This document shows, piece by piece, positions 29,657 to 40,376 of a stretch of 64,000 nt of DNA; positions within the stretch are counted from its first letter, which is position 1; every line of letters starts with the position of its first letter. Origin of the DNA: Deltaproteobacteria bacterium. GTDB taxonomy: Bacteria > Myxococcota_A > Polyangia > Polyangiales > Houyiibacteriaceae. The position numbers and the translations under genes were made by a program. The DNA is taken from assembly GCA_034670305.1 (NCBI GenBank), contig JAXMNT010000018.1:32001-96000 (forward strand). The letters are read 5' to 3'. The notes below the pieces were generated by a model, which searched no databases, was not told the DNA's origin, and saw nothing but the letters and a program-made list of their open reading frames with translations.

Positions 29657-31888
29657 TCAGAACTCGAAGGTGTAGCGGAGCGCGACCCGGCCGGAGGCGA
29701 ACGGCGCGACCCGCACGCGTTGATTGAGCTCGCGCTGCACGCAGTAGCGGGCGTCTCGGCTCGGTCCCCGGCCGATGCGGGTACGCACGGTTCCATCGTT
29801 CGAGAACGTCGCGGTGACGAGCAGTCCGTCGTCGAACTCGGCGCCGACACAGCGGCGTACATGGGCGCGCTGCGACTCGAGGGCGCGTCGCATCTGGGCT
29901 TCCGACGGAGGCTGCGCGGTGGGCACGGTCTCTGGACGAGCGACCACCATCGACTCGGCGTGGTCGACGATGCGGATGTCCGGAGACCGCTCGGTCATCT
30001 CGGTCATGGCGGCCGCGAACGGGTCTCCGGCCTGCGTCACCGTGGCCGTTCCGGTCTGCTCTGGATCCGCGGTCATCGCGGTCTCCGCCATCGCGGTCTC
30101 CGCCATCGCGGTCTCCATGACGACGGTGTCGGTCATCGCGGTCTCGGTCACCGCGGTCTCGGTCATCGCAGTCTCGGTCATCGCAGGCTCGGCGGTGTCT
30201 GGCCGCCGCCGCCGCATCGAGGTCGGCCGCACGTCGGCGACCGTCTCCACCACGTTCTCCTCTTCGGTCTCCCCGAGCGTCAGGCGCGTGGCCTGGTCGA
30301 GCTCGAGCACCAGCGTCGCGGTGGCGAGGATGCGGTCGTCGCTGCGGGCCTCGAAGATGTGCTGGCCCGGCGTGAGTCGGATCGCGACCGCCTCACTGAG
30401 CACGCCACGGTCCAGCCCATCGACGTACAGGTTCGTGCCCGCGAGCGACGTAGCGATCTCCACCCGAACGAGTTCCGGCGCCAAGTCTTCGGTCGCCGCC
30501 ACGGGGGTGTCGAAGGGCGGGTCGGCCGGATCGTTCTCGTCGCCGAGGTTGCGGAACACGAGAAAGACGGCGAGCGCGCTGACGAGCGCCATGCCGAGGA
30601 GCGCGACCACCAACCCGAACCGCTTCTTCGGCAGATGGATCGAACTCTCGGCGGTTGGCTGTGCCTGTGCGACTGGCGCTTCATCGGAACCGGAGACCGC
30701 GGAAGGCGCGGGTGGGTAGGGCGCCGGCGGACCTCCCGCGATGCCCGAGACGGCGGCGGGCCCACTCGGACCACTCGGGCCATTCGGGCCATTCGGGCCA
30801 CTCGGCGCATCCAGTGCTCCGAGCGGCATGGTGCCGCCAGTGGGCGGTTCGACCGGCGAGCCGTGTGGCATCGTGCCGCCGCCGGAGGCGATCGAAGGCA
30901 TCGCGCCGGTGGGCGCGAACACATCGACCGACGCCGGACCCGCGGGCGCTGGTTCCGACGCCGCCTGCTGCGCTGCGGCTTCGGCGGCGAGGCCGCGCTT
31001 CATGCGTTCCGCGACCCGCGGCACGAACGTGGCTTCGGGGCCATCGGGTGCGAGCCGGGCTTCCTCGAATGCGAAGCGCAACGCGTCCGCGTCCTTCGGA
31101 CGGTTCGCCGGCACCCGCTGCAGGCACCACTCGATGAGCGCCTTCCACGCGCTCGGCACGTGGTCCGGCACCGCCTGGCGCCGGTTGCTCGCGAGCGCGG
31201 CCAGCACCTCTCCGGCGTTCTTGCCGCGGTACGGGAGCCCGCCCTCTGAGAACACCTGGAACACCATCACACCGATCGCCCACACATCGGCGGCCGGTCC
31301 GACGTGTTTGGCGTCGCCGGCCTGCTCCGGGCTCATGTACTGCGGTGTGCCAAGCGTGGTGCCGCTCTGAGTGATGCCGCACTCGGCCGCCTGTTTGGTC
31401 AGCCCGAAGTCGAGCACCCGGATCCCCTCGGCGGTGAGGAAGAGGTTCTCCGGTTTCAGATCCCGGTGCACGAACCCCTTCGCGTGCGCGGCGGCCAGCG
31501 GTGGCAAGACTTCTTCCAGACGCTGCAGCCGCTCGGCCCGCGTGGTGTCGGCGGAGCCGAAGTACGCCAAGAGCGACTGTCCGTAGAGCCGCTCCATCGC
31601 CACGAACGCGCGTCCTTCGTGGGTGCCCACATCGACGATGCCGACCACGGCCGGATGATCGATCGCTTCGAGCGCCCGCGCTTCGCGTCGGAACCGTTCG
31701 AGCGCGGACTCGTCCCCGACCAAACGCACGTGCGCGATCTTCAGCGCCACCGGCTGCCGGGTCGCGACATGTTCCGCGTCCCAGACCACCCCGAAGGCAC
31801 CTTGTCCAATCGTGCCGATGAGCCGGTACCGGCCATCGACGATGTACCCCTTCGCGGCCGGATCCTCCGACGCGAACTCGTCGCTCAC
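29657..31888 (-). CDS. membrane Ser/Thr protein kinase with PEGA-like, AMTET-repeat and AgmX/PglI-like extracellular regions
   Basis: GQGAFG, VALK, HRDLKPEN, DFG, YMSPEQ; TM helix; 15-nt AMTET repeats at about 30071-30185. Confidence 0.93.
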   Translation of the reverse strand: MSDEFASEDPAAKGYIVDGRYRLIGTIGQGAFGVVWDAEHVATRQPVALKIAHVRLVGDESALERFRREARALEAIDHPAVVGIVDVGTHEGRAFVAMERLYGQSLLAYFGSADTTRAERLQRLEEVLPPLAAAHAKGFVHRDLKPENLFLTAEGIRVLDFGLTKQAAECGITQSGTTLGTPQYMSPEQAGDAKHVGPAADVWAIGVMVFQVFSEGGLPYRGKNAGEVLAALASNRRQAVPDHVPSAWKALIEWCLQRVPANRPKDADALRFAFEEARLAPDGPEATFVPRVAERMKRGLAAEAAAQQAASEPAPAGPASVDVFAPTGAMPSIASGGGTMPHGSPVEPPTGGTMPLGALDAPSGPNGPNGPSGPSGPAAVSGIAGGPPAPYPPAPSAVSGSDEAPVAQAQPTAESSIHLPKKRFGLVVALLGMALVSALAVFLVFRNLGDENDPADPPFDTPVAATEDLAPELVRVEIATSLAGTNLYVDGLDRGVLSEAVAIRLTPGQHIFEARSDDRILATATLVLELDQATRLTLGETEEENVVETVADVRPTSMRRRRPDTAEPAMTETAMTETAVTETAMTDTVVMETAMAETAMAETAMTADPEQTGTATVTQAGDPFAAAMTEMTERSPDIRIVDHAESMVVARPETVPTAQPPSEAQMRRALESQRAHVRRCVGAEFDDGLLVTATFSNDGTVRTRIGRGPSRDARYCVQRELNQRVRVAPFASGRVALRYTFEF

Positions 31889-31892
31889 TTCT

Positions 31893-33263
31893 TCACTTCT
31901 TCTTGCTCGGGTGCACGCCGTGGCGCTTCGCGAGTTTGTGAAGGTACTTGCGATCCATATCCGCGGCACGCGCGGCCGCCGAGATGTTGCCCTCGTGCCG
32001 CTCGAGCAACCAGCTCACGTACCGGCGTTCGAAGAGCTCCTCGAACGCGGTCTTGGTCTGGCGGTAGCTCAGGCCGGGATCGAACGCGGGCACGATGTCC
32101 GAGCCACCGAGCGGGATGCCGACCGGCACATGCCCAAGGCGGATCTCGCTCTCGCCCACTGCGCGCGCGAGGTAGACCCCGCGGGCCAGCGCGTTGCGGA
32201 GCTCGCGCACGTTGCCGGGCCAGTCGTGTTCGGAGAGCGCGTCGAGCGCCGACTTGGCGATCGTCAGCGGCGGCAGCTTGGGTTCGTCTTTGCTCAAGTC
32301 GGCGAGCAGCCGCTCGACCAGGACCGGGAGGTCCTCGAGCCGTTCCCGGAGCGAAGGCAGCTCGATCGGCACGACCGCCAGCCGGAAGTAGAGGTCCTCC
32401 CGGAACTTCTTCCGCTCGACCTCCATGCGCAGGTTGCGTTTGGTCGCGGCGATGACCCGGATGTCGACCCGATGTTCGGTGTTGCCGCCCACCCGGCGGA
32501 AGGCACGCTGCTCGAGCACCCGGAGCAACTTGGGCTGCAGGTCGAGCGGCAGCTCGCCGATCTCGTCCAGAAAGAGGGTGCCGCCGTCGGCCAACTCGAA
32601 CGCGCCTTGGCGTGCGGCGGTGGCGCCCGTGAACGAACCCTTCTCGTGACCGAAGAGTTCACTCTCGATGAGCGTGCCCACGACTGCGCCACAGTCCACC
32701 ACGATGAACGGCCGCGCGCGCCGGCCGCTCTCCGAGTGAATCGAACGCGCGAGCACATCCTTGCCGGTGCCCGTCTCGCCGCCGATCAACACGGTGGCGT
32801 CGCTCGGGGCAATCTTCTCGAGCAGTCCGAAAATCTGCCGCATGCGCAGACTGCGCCCGACCACTTCGCCGAAGTTGCGGCGTTCGCTCGGCAGCACTTC
32901 GATGCGCTCGGCGAACGTGCGCACCTTCAGTTCGACCTTGCCGACGGTGAGGATGGCGCCCGGGCGAAGGAACGCCTCCCGGATCTCGGCTCCATCGAGC
33001 AGGGTGCCGTTGGTGCTGCCCAGGTCCCGCACGACGTGGCCGCGGGTCTCCCGAACGATCTCGCAGTGGTTCCGGGAAACGGTGCCGTCCCGCAGGACCA
33101 GGTGGTTGTCGCGGCTCTTGCCGATGCGACAGACCTCGCCCTGGACGGTGTGCTCGTCTCCGCGCCGGTCGCCGGAGAGCACGACCAGGGCAAGGCGCGG
33201 GATCTCGACGATCCGGCCCTTGCCTCCCAGTTCGGTCCCCAGACCTGTTTGCGGTTCGCTCAC
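31893..33263 (-). CDS. FHA-domain sigma54-dependent activator
   Basis: FHA ([16 protein letters not shown]), [28 protein letters not shown], Fis-type HTH. Confidence 0.95.
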   Translation of the reverse strand: MSEPQTGLGTELGGKGRIVEIPRLALVVLSGDRRGDEHTVQGEVCRIGKSRDNHLVLRDGTVSRNHCEIVRETRGHVVRDLGSTNGTLLDGAEIREAFLRPGAILTVGKVELKVRTFAERIEVLPSERRNFGEVVGRSLRMRQIFGLLEKIAPSDATVLIGGETGTGKDVLARSIHSESGRRARPFIVVDCGAVVGTLIESELFGHEKGSFTGATAARQGAFELADGGTLFLDEIGELPLDLQPKLLRVLEQRAFRRVGGNTEHRVDIRVIAATKRNLRMEVERKKFREDLYFRLAVVPIELPSLRERLEDLPVLVERLLADLSKDEPKLPPLTIAKSALDALSEHDWPGNVRELRNALARGVYLARAVGESEIRLGHVPVGIPLGGSDIVPAFDPGLSYRQTKTAFEELFERRYVSWLLERHEGNISAAARAADMDRKYLHKLAKRHGVHPSKKK

Positions 33264-33276
33264 CCCCGACCTCCGT

Positions 33277-33337
33277 CTCGACCCCGACGCCGCCCTCGAC
33301 CCATCCGCCCTCGACCCATCCGACTCATCCGCCCTCG
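33277..33337. repeat. short tandem repeat ccgccctcgacccat
   Basis: 3-4 imperfect copies between two co-oriented genes. Confidence 0.55.
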
Positions 33338-33708
33338 AGAACCTGCGATCCGCGCAGGTCCACCCACACGGTACCCTCCACCGGGACGTCGAGGGTGCGG
33401 GTTTCCACGCGGGTCGACCCGTCCTCTTGCCGGAGGGTCGCTTCGATGACGTAGCGCCCCGGGGAGAGCGAAACGCTGTGGTCGAACTCCGCTGCTGGGC
33501 CGGAAACCGTGACGCCGCTCACGTGTTCACCGGCGTGGGCATAGTCGATTCGGGCTTCGGTGACGGCCTGATCGAGGCGGTAGCGAAGCTCGATGTCCCT
33601 AGGAAAGGCCTCAAAGAGCTGCAAAGCGAGGACCATCACCCCTGCCACCGCCACGAACTTGGCGAGGCGCCTTCGGTTCTCCACGAACCAACCTTTGAGG
33701 CCGCTCAC
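33325..33708 (-). CDS. hypothetical membrane-anchored protein
   Basis: N-terminal TM followed by a beta-rich domain; TAGGTT 6 nt before GTG. Confidence 0.7.
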   Translation of the reverse strand: MSGLKGWFVENRRRLAKFVAVAGVMVLALQLFEAFPRDIELRYRLDQAVTEARIDYAHAGEHVSGVTVSGPAAEFDHSVSLSPGRYVIEATLRQEDGSTRVETRTLDVPVEGTVWVDLRGSQVLEGG

Positions 33709-34008
33709 GACTCCAACCTATCGGGATGCGAGCGAGGACACAAAGTGAACGTGTGCACTTCTCCACGGATGCGGGTCGATGGGCACGGGCGCCTTCGATC
33801 GGCCCCCGTGACGCCACGTTCTTGCTGCCCGGACACCGCGGGTGTAGCGTTTTGAGTTCCCCACGCTTGGTGATGTCTTTGTCTCGTCGCGTTTGGTTCC
33901 GGTCCGCGACTCTTCCCCCACCGAAGAGATGCGAAGATCCACCCGCGGCCCGACCCACCGAGCGGGCTGCCCCGACCACACGCGCGGCAACGCGGGCTCG
34001 GAAGGGAG

Positions 34009-36165
34009 ATGCCTGAGACCGTGTCGGTCCTCGCAGCGCTCGTCGAGAAGGTCCGGGGGTACCACCCTCAGTCGGACGTCGATCTGATCGATCGCGCGTA
34101 CCGCTTCTCCGAGAAGATGCACGACGGGCAGATGCGGAAGTCGGGCGACCCCTACTTCATTCACCCGGCGTCGGTCGCCGGCATCATCGCCGACATGAAG
34201 CTCGACACCGCGAGCGTGTGTGCGGCGCTCCTGCACGACGTGGTGGAAGACACCGACGTCACGGAGAAGGACATCGAGCAGCAGTTCGGATCCGAGGTGG
34301 CGTTCCTCGTCGATGGGGTGACGAAACTCGGCAAGGTGAACTTCGCCTCGAAGGAGGACCGCCAAGCCGAGAGCTTCCGGAAGATGCTCGTCGCGATGGC
34401 GCGGGACATCCGCGTGCTCTTGGTCAAACTCGCCGACCGTCTCGACAACATGCGCACCCTCGAGCACATGAAGATCGACTCCCGCGAACGCATCGCGCGC
34501 GAGACGATGGAGATCTACGCACCGCTCGCTGGCCGTTTGGGCATCCAGTGGCTCAAAGCGGAGCTCGAAGATCTCAGCTTCCGCCACATCCATCCGGAAG
34601 CGGCCGCCGAACTCACCGAGAAGGTCGATCGCGCAGCGCGCGACACGGACCGCTACGTCAAGGACGTCTGCAAGAAGCTCAAGACGATGCTCATCTCCCG
34701 AGGCTTCGCGCTCGAAGTGAGTGGGCGCGTCAAAGACCTCTACTCGATCCACCGCAAGATGAAGCGGCAGGGCATCGAGTTCGAACAGGTCCACGACTAC
34801 GTGGCCTTCCGCGTGCACATGGAGACGGTCGCCGACTGCTACGCGGCGCTCGGCGTGATCCACAGCGAGTGGACCCCGGTGCCGGGCCGGTTCAAGGACT
34901 TCATCGCGCTCCCGAAGCCCAACATGTACCAGTCGCTGCACACGACGGTGATCGGGCCGGGCAGCCGCCGCATCGAGGTGCAGATCCGCACCCACGAGAT
35001 GCACTCCACCGCGGAGTACGGCATCGCGGCGCACTGGCAGTACAAAGAGAAGACCGGCGGACTCGACGCCCGGGACGCCGCGCGTTTCGCGTGGCTCCGG
35101 CAGCTCATGGAGTTCCAGAAGGAAGTCACCGACCCGGCCGAGTTCCTCGAGTCCGTGAAGGTCGACCTCTTCATGGACGAGGTCTACGTGTTCACGCCCA
35201 AGGGGGAGGTGAAGACCTTCCCGCGCGGCGCGACACCGATCGACTTCGCCTTCGAGATCCACAGCGAGGTCGGCCACCACTGCTCAGGCGCGCGCGTCAA
35301 CGGCGTGATGGTCCCGCTCCGCCACCAGCTCCGAAACGGCGACGTCGTCGAGATCCTGACGAACCGGAACCAAGAACCGAACAAGGACTGGCTCGAGTTC
35401 GTCAAGACCGGTCGGGCCCGCTCCCGGATCCGTCAGCACGTGCGCGGCAAAGAGCGCAAACGCAGCGCCAAACTCGGCCGGGACCTGCTCGAGCGCGCGA
35501 TGCACAAACGCGGCCTCTCGCTGACCCGCTTGCTCAAGGGCAAGGACATGCAGAGCATCGTGCAGCACTTCGGGCTGAACCAAGACGAAGAGCTCTTCGC
35601 CCAGATCGGCTACGGCAAGATCTCCGCCGATCGGGTCGCCGAGATCGCCGAGCCGGACGATGGCAAGAAGCGCAAGAGCCTCGAGCCGAGTCTGCTCGAG
35701 CGCACGGTGCGCGCGGTCACGCGCAAGAACGACGACACCATCCGCATCGACGGGATGGACGACATCCTCGTTCGGTTCGCGAAGTGCTGCAACCCGGTGT
35801 CCGGCGACCCCGTCGTCGGCTGGATCACCCGAGGCCGGGGCGTGACCATTCACCGCCGAAGCTGTCCGCGATCGCTGGAGCTCGACCCGCAGCGCAAGAT
35901 CGACGTGGAGTGGTCCGGCGACACCCGAATGGAGCTGCCCGTCTCCCTCAAAGTGGTGACGATGAACAACCCCGGCATCCTCACGAAGGTGAGCTCGGTG
36001 TTCACCGAGAACGGGGTCAACATCAGCGAAGCGATCTGTCGAAGCGACAAGGACGGCAAGGCGGTGAACCTCTTCCAGTTCACCGTCGACGACCTGCGCC
36101 GCTTGCGCGAGGTGATGCGCGGCATCGCCCGCATCCAGGGTGTGAAGGACGTCGAACGGGTATGA
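34009..36165 (+). CDS. relA: bifunctional (p)ppGpp synthetase/hydrolase, RelA/SpoT homolog
   Basis: HD domain LHDVVED, KLADRLDNMRTL, RFKD, YQSLHT, TGS (VFTPKG), CC motif, ACT domain. Confidence 0.97.
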   Translation: MPETVSVLAALVEKVRGYHPQSDVDLIDRAYRFSEKMHDGQMRKSGDPYFIHPASVAGIIADMKLDTASVCAALLHDVVEDTDVTEKDIEQQFGSEVAFLVDGVTKLGKVNFASKEDRQAESFRKMLVAMARDIRVLLVKLADRLDNMRTLEHMKIDSRERIARETMEIYAPLAGRLGIQWLKAELEDLSFRHIHPEAAAELTEKVDRAARDTDRYVKDVCKKLKTMLISRGFALEVSGRVKDLYSIHRKMKRQGIEFEQVHDYVAFRVHMETVADCYAALGVIHSEWTPVPGRFKDFIALPKPNMYQSLHTTVIGPGSRRIEVQIRTHEMHSTAEYGIAAHWQYKEKTGGLDARDAARFAWLRQLMEFQKEVTDPAEFLESVKVDLFMDEVYVFTPKGEVKTFPRGATPIDFAFEIHSEVGHHCSGARVNGVMVPLRHQLRNGDVVEILTNRNQEPNKDWLEFVKTGRARSRIRQHVRGKERKRSAKLGRDLLERAMHKRGLSLTRLLKGKDMQSIVQHFGLNQDEELFAQIGYGKISADRVAEIAEPDDGKKRKSLEPSLLERTVRAVTRKNDDTIRIDGMDDILVRFAKCCNPVSGDPVVGWITRGRGVTIHRRSCPRSLELDPQRKIDVEWSGDTRMELPVSLKVVTMNNPGILTKVSSVFTENGVNISEAICRSDKDGKAVNLFQFTVDDLRRLREVMRGIARIQGVKDVERV

Positions 36166-36234
36166 GGTGCGGGGCGGCCGAGCCTCTCGCCACGTTGCGG
36201 GTTTCGCGCGTCTTGAACCTGGTAGGCTGAGGTC

Positions 36235-37308
36235 GTGGGTGAGCCGTTCGATCCGTCCATCGAGATCGACGAAGGATCGGACGAGGAGATCTCGTTCTCC
36301 GACTCGACAGCGGTGGTCGAACCCTTCAGCGCGGGGTCCTTCTTCGGCGATCGGTTTCGGATCGACTCGCCGCTGGGCACCGGTGGCATGGGCGCCGTCT
36401 TCAAAGCGACGGATCTGAAGGCCCAGCGTCAGGTCGCACTCAAGGTCCTGCTCAAGGCGAGGCGCGACGGGGAGAGCCGTCAGCGTTTCGCCCGCGAAGC
36501 GGAGATCCTGAGCAAGCTCAGCCATCCGGGCATCGTGGGCATCCACGGGTTCGGCCATGCCCAGGGCGGCGTGCCCTGGCTCGCGATGGAGCTGGTGGAA
36601 GGCGAGAGTCTCGGAGACCGCGTGCGTCGCAAAGGGCCGCTGCCCGCCGACGAGGTCGCGCCGATCCTGCGCGCGGTGTGCGATGCGCTCCAGACCGCGC
36701 ACGCCGCTGGAGTGATCCACCGGGACCTCAAACCCGACAACATCATCCTGCGCAAGAACGCGAGCCCAGCCCAGTCCGTGAAACTCATCGACTTCGGTCT
36801 CTCCCGCGTGGACGACGCCAAACGGCTGACCGCCACCGGCACGATGATCGGCACGCCCCGCTACATGTCGCCGGAGCAGATCTCCTCGATCAAGAACTCT
36901 GGCCCCCGGTCGGACATCTACGCGCTCGGGGTGATGGTGTTCGAATCACTGACCGGCGAATCGCCGTTCCAAGCAAGCGACCATGGCCAGCTGCTCGGGG
37001 CGATCCTTCAGGGCCGGATCCAGAAGCTCGGCGAGATGCGTCCGGACCTCCCACCGGACACCGAAGCGGTGGTCGCGCGCGCCATGGACAAGGATCCCGA
37101 CGTGCGCTTCCAGACGCCCCTCGAGTTCGCCCAAGCCTTCTCCGACGTCACCGGCGCCCGCACCTCACATCTGAAGTTCACCGTGGACGAGAAGATCATC
37201 CTGCCGGCCACCAAGACGTACGGCTGGAAGTTCTACGGCGCGCTCGTCGGACTCGGTGTGCTCGCGGCGGTCGGCACCGGCCTCATCACGTACCTGCTGT
37301 TGCGCTGA
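36235..37308 (+). CDS. Ser/Thr protein kinase, C-terminally membrane anchored
   Basis: GTGGMG, HRDLKPDN, DFG, YMSPEQ; terminal TM; TAGGCT 6 nt before GTG. Confidence 0.93.
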   Translation: MGEPFDPSIEIDEGSDEEISFSDSTAVVEPFSAGSFFGDRFRIDSPLGTGGMGAVFKATDLKAQRQVALKVLLKARRDGESRQRFAREAEILSKLSHPGIVGIHGFGHAQGGVPWLAMELVEGESLGDRVRRKGPLPADEVAPILRAVCDALQTAHAAGVIHRDLKPDNIILRKNASPAQSVKLIDFGLSRVDDAKRLTATGTMIGTPRYMSPEQISSIKNSGPRSDIYALGVMVFESLTGESPFQASDHGQLLGAILQGRIQKLGEMRPDLPPDTEAVVARAMDKDPDVRFQTPLEFAQAFSDVTGARTSHLKFTVDEKIILPATKTYGWKFYGALVGLGVLAAVGTGLITYLLLR

Positions 37309-37331
37309 CCTGAATCGTCTGCTTCGGGCGT

Positions 37332-38861
37332 TCAGCCGGCTCGGCGACGACGCCACGCGAAGAGTCCGAGCGCCCCGAGGACCAAGAGGCCGTGGCGCGG
37401 CGAGGTCCCAGTGCTCATCGACACAGTGCCCGGCGCGCGGCATCCGCACCCGTCGTCGCTGGGTGCCACGGTGCCGGCGTCGGAACCCGTTCCTCCGCCA
37501 TCGGCCCGCGAGCCACTGTCGCTGCCCGGGCCACCGTCTACGCCGGGGCCAGCGTCCACACCCGGACCAGCGTCCACTCCGCCCGGGCCCGCGTCTTCGC
37601 CCGGCATGGGCACCGAACCGCCGGGATGGACCACGCTCGTATCGCAGGGCGCATCGGTGTCGTACTCGACCGCTCCCAGATCCGGCGCACCGTCTTCGCG
37701 CACCCGGCCGCAGTAGTCGTCGGTCACGTCGCCGCTGGCGACGCCCATGTCGACGAAGGTCGAGCCGTCGGCGCGCGTGAAGTCGAGGTTGTCCGGATCG
37801 ACGAACCAGGTGTTCCACGCGGTGACCATCTCGAGGTTGTTCGACGCCGTCGCCGTGCCCCCGTCGCGTTCACGGATCCGTCCGCTGAGGATGTTCCCGT
37901 CGACGACCACCGTGGAGACGCCGAAGCGCACGTCGATGCCCGTGGTGTCGTAGACCGTGTTGTGCAGCAACGCGCAGTCGACGCATTCGTTCACGTAGAT
38001 GCCGACGTCGCTCGGGCAGTGCGCGATGAGGTTGTTCCGCATGATGCCGCCCTGGTGTTCGATGCTGCAGTCCGCGTCTTCGCAGATCCGGTCCGGGTTC
38101 GAGCCGCCGCCCCCGAACGAGAGACCAAGCCGCACCTGCCCGGTGTGCAGTCGTTCGCAGACGATGAGGTTGCGTTCGATGATCCCGTCGCGGCTGTTGC
38201 CCTTCAGGAACGCCGCGTAGCTGACGTTGTTGCCCATGCCTTTGGCGAAGTCGTGGATGTAGTTGGCGCGGATGATCCAGCGGCGCCCACCGACCACGTC
38301 GATGGGTGTGACCGGCCGGTCGGTCATGCGAACCGTCTCGCTGTAGAACTCGTTTCCTTCGATGAGGACGTCGTCGGGGAACCGCGGGTCGCCGGCGTCG
38401 CCGTTGCCGTTGCCTTTGATCTGCGCGTTGAAGTTCCGCGCGACGTTGTTGCGGATGATGGTGAAGTCGGCGTCGACGACGACGTGCCAGGCGTGCTCGC
38501 AGTCGTGCTGGGAACCGCAGTCTCCGACGAGGACCAGATCCTCGAACGTCCAGTACGGATGCGCGACCACGAAGCCTTCGACGATGCCGGTCGCGTCGCG
38601 GAACAAGACGTTCGCCCGTCCCGGGTTCTCGGCGCGGACGGTGATGCGCGCGCCCTCGGTGCCGGCCGCCGATGTGTTGAGCCGGTGCCGCATCCCGTAG
38701 TCGCCGTTGGCCAGCACGATGTCGTCGCCCGGCATCGCATCGGCCATTGCAGCGGTGAGCCCGTCCGCATCCGAGACGTTCACGGTGCGCTGCGCCGTGG
38801 CAAGCGTGGGGAGCAAGACCGCCAAGGCGGCGGTGACGAGGAGGGTGCGCAGGGTCGACAT
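37332..38861 (-). CDS. right-handed beta-helix (chondroitinase-B-like) protein with MYXO-CTERM
   Basis: AMPGDDIVLANGDY, ITVRAENPG, IIRNN repeats, APDLGAVEY, GCGCR...WRRRR. Confidence 0.88.
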   Translation of the reverse strand: MSTLRTLLVTAALAVLLPTLATAQRTVNVSDADGLTAAMADAMPGDDIVLANGDYGMRHRLNTSAAGTEGARITVRAENPGRANVLFRDATGIVEGFVVAHPYWTFEDLVLVGDCGSQHDCEHAWHVVVDADFTIIRNNVARNFNAQIKGNGNGDAGDPRFPDDVLIEGNEFYSETVRMTDRPVTPIDVVGGRRWIIRANYIHDFAKGMGNNVSYAAFLKGNSRDGIIERNLIVCERLHTGQVRLGLSFGGGGSNPDRICEDADCSIEHQGGIMRNNLIAHCPSDVGIYVNECVDCALLHNTVYDTTGIDVRFGVSTVVVDGNILSGRIRERDGGTATASNNLEMVTAWNTWFVDPDNLDFTRADGSTFVDMGVASGDVTDDYCGRVREDGAPDLGAVEYDTDAPCDTSVVHPGGSVPMPGEDAGPGGVDAGPGVDAGPGVDGGPGSDSGSRADGGGTGSDAGTVAPSDDGCGCRAPGTVSMSTGTSPRHGLLVLGALGLFAWRRRRAG

Positions 38862-38900
38862 GGCCCGACGCTATCAAGAACCGCTCGGCCGCGGAACGGG

Positions 38901-39599
38901 CTACGCGCGTCCGTAGACCGGTACGACTTCACCCCAGGTGAGGGTGTTCTCGGCCGACGCCAGAAAACGAATCGTCGCCGCGACCTCGTCGACCTTGGGC
39001 CACTTGGCGTACTCGGCACCCGGCATCGACTCACGGTTCGCGGGGGTGTCCATGAGGGAGGGCGCGATGGCATTGACCAGGATGTTCTTCGGCGCGAGCT
39101 CCACGCCGAGGCAGCGGGTGAGGGTTGCGACGGCGCCTTTGGTCATCGCGTAGGTCGCGACCTCCGCCGTGGCTTCGAGCACCGGGCGCGCGGCGACGTT
39201 GACGATGCGTCCGCCCGTCTCTTCGCCCGACATCTTTCGTACGGCGGCTCGGCAACAGAGCCAGGTCGACCGGATGTTCATCGAGACCATCTTCTCGAAG
39301 TCCGAGAACGCCGCGTCTTCGAACGCTCCGAACGTGAAGCCGCCCACCAGGTGAATCGATGCCCAGAGCGAGGGGACCGAATCGTAGAACGACTTCACGG
39401 AGCCTTCGTCGGCGAGGTTCACCTCGGTGGCGACATGGAGGTTGTCGCAGTGGAGCGGTTCGAGCTGTGCTGGATCGCTGGTGCCGTACGCGGGCACGTG
39501 CACCCGGGCCCCTTCGTCGAGCAGCCTGCGGGTCACCGCGACCCCGAGCGCTCCGCCACCGCCTGTCACCACCACCGTTCGTCCGTCGAAGTGTCCCAT
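38901..39599 (-). CDS. short-chain dehydrogenase/reductase
   Basis: TGGGGALG, YAMTK, VNAIAP. Confidence 0.95.
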   Translation of the reverse strand: MGHFDGRTVVVTGGGGALGVAVTRRLLDEGARVHVPAYGTSDPAQLEPLHCDNLHVATEVNLADEGSVKSFYDSVPSLWASIHLVGGFTFGAFEDAAFSDFEKMVSMNIRSTWLCCRAAVRKMSGEETGGRIVNVAARPVLEATAEVATYAMTKGAVATLTRCLGVELAPKNILVNAIAPSLMDTPANRESMPGAEYAKWPKVDEVAATIRFLASAENTLTWGEVVPVYGRA

Positions 39600-39653
39600 G
39601 CGCGCATCCTGTCACAGCAGGGCCGGAAACAGAGAAGGTCGTCTCCCGCTTCT

Positions 39654-39731
39654 TCGGGCCGGACGCTTGCGGCTTCCGGGCCCGAGAAAACGGCTCGGGA
39701 CTTGCGCGTCGCTTCGCTCGGTGGTCCCGAG
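39654..39731. repeat. REP-like double hairpin
   Basis: tcgggccgga..tccgggcccga and ctcgggac..cgcttcgctc..gtcccgag. Confidence 0.55.
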
Positions 39732-39735
39732 AGAC

Positions 39736-40347
39736 TCAACCGCCGTAGCGGGGTGCGGCGCCTCGGCTGGGGTCGGCCGGCCGGGTGCGCAGCTCATGCG
39801 AGGCGGTGAGTTCCGCGACCATGTCTTCGACCCGGATGAGCCCCACGGGGCTCCCGCCGGCGTCGACCACCGGCACCTGCCGGAAGCCGCGTACGACGAC
39901 CCAGCGCAGCACGTCGGCCAGCGTGTCGCCGAGGTGCACGACTTCCGCGGCGCTCATGATGGATTCGAGCTGGGTGTCCCAGGGGAGCCCGCGCACGATG
40001 GCCTGGGCGATGTCTTCGAGCGTCACGATGCCCTGCAAGAGCCCGTCGTCGTCGACGACCAGCAGCACCCGCAGGCGGCCGTGGTTGTCCGTGCCATGCG
40101 CGGATGTTGGGTCGGCCTCTCCGACCGCGCCCATCGTCGTCGTGGGGAACGCGGCGGCGATGGCGTCGCCCAGCGTCGCGTCCATCGGCTCGATCTGAGC
40201 CGCGACGGTCGGGAGCTTGTCCACCCTGCGGGCGAGCACCTCACTCAAGTCCTTGTCGGAGGCCTCCACGCGTTCCGCTTGGATGCGCAACTCGTCGGCG
40301 ATGGCGTCGTCGAATGGAGAGAGGGAGAGCTTTTCGTAGTCGATCAT
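39736..40347 (-). CDS. CBS-domain protein
   Basis: LLVVDDDGLLQGIVTLEDI and VPVVDAGGSPVGLIRVEDM. Confidence 0.85.
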   Translation of the reverse strand: MIDYEKLSLSPFDDAIADELRIQAERVEASDKDLSEVLARRVDKLPTVAAQIEPMDATLGDAIAAAFPTTTMGAVGEADPTSAHGTDNHGRLRVLLVVDDDGLLQGIVTLEDIAQAIVRGLPWDTQLESIMSAAEVVHLGDTLADVLRWVVVRGFRQVPVVDAGGSPVGLIRVEDMVAELTASHELRTRPADPSRGAAPRYGG

Positions 40348-40359
40348 GCCCCTTCACGG

Positions 40360-40376
40360 TGCAATCGGCGCGCCAG
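40360..40376 (-). promoter_or_regulatory. sigma54 -24/-12 promoter (CBS gene)
   Basis: CTGGCGCGCCGATTGCA; -12 C is 14 nt from ATG. Confidence 0.8.

Noticed and set aside
26621-31249. 1542-aa plus-strand ORF
   Set aside because: Antisense to two well-supported minus-strand genes
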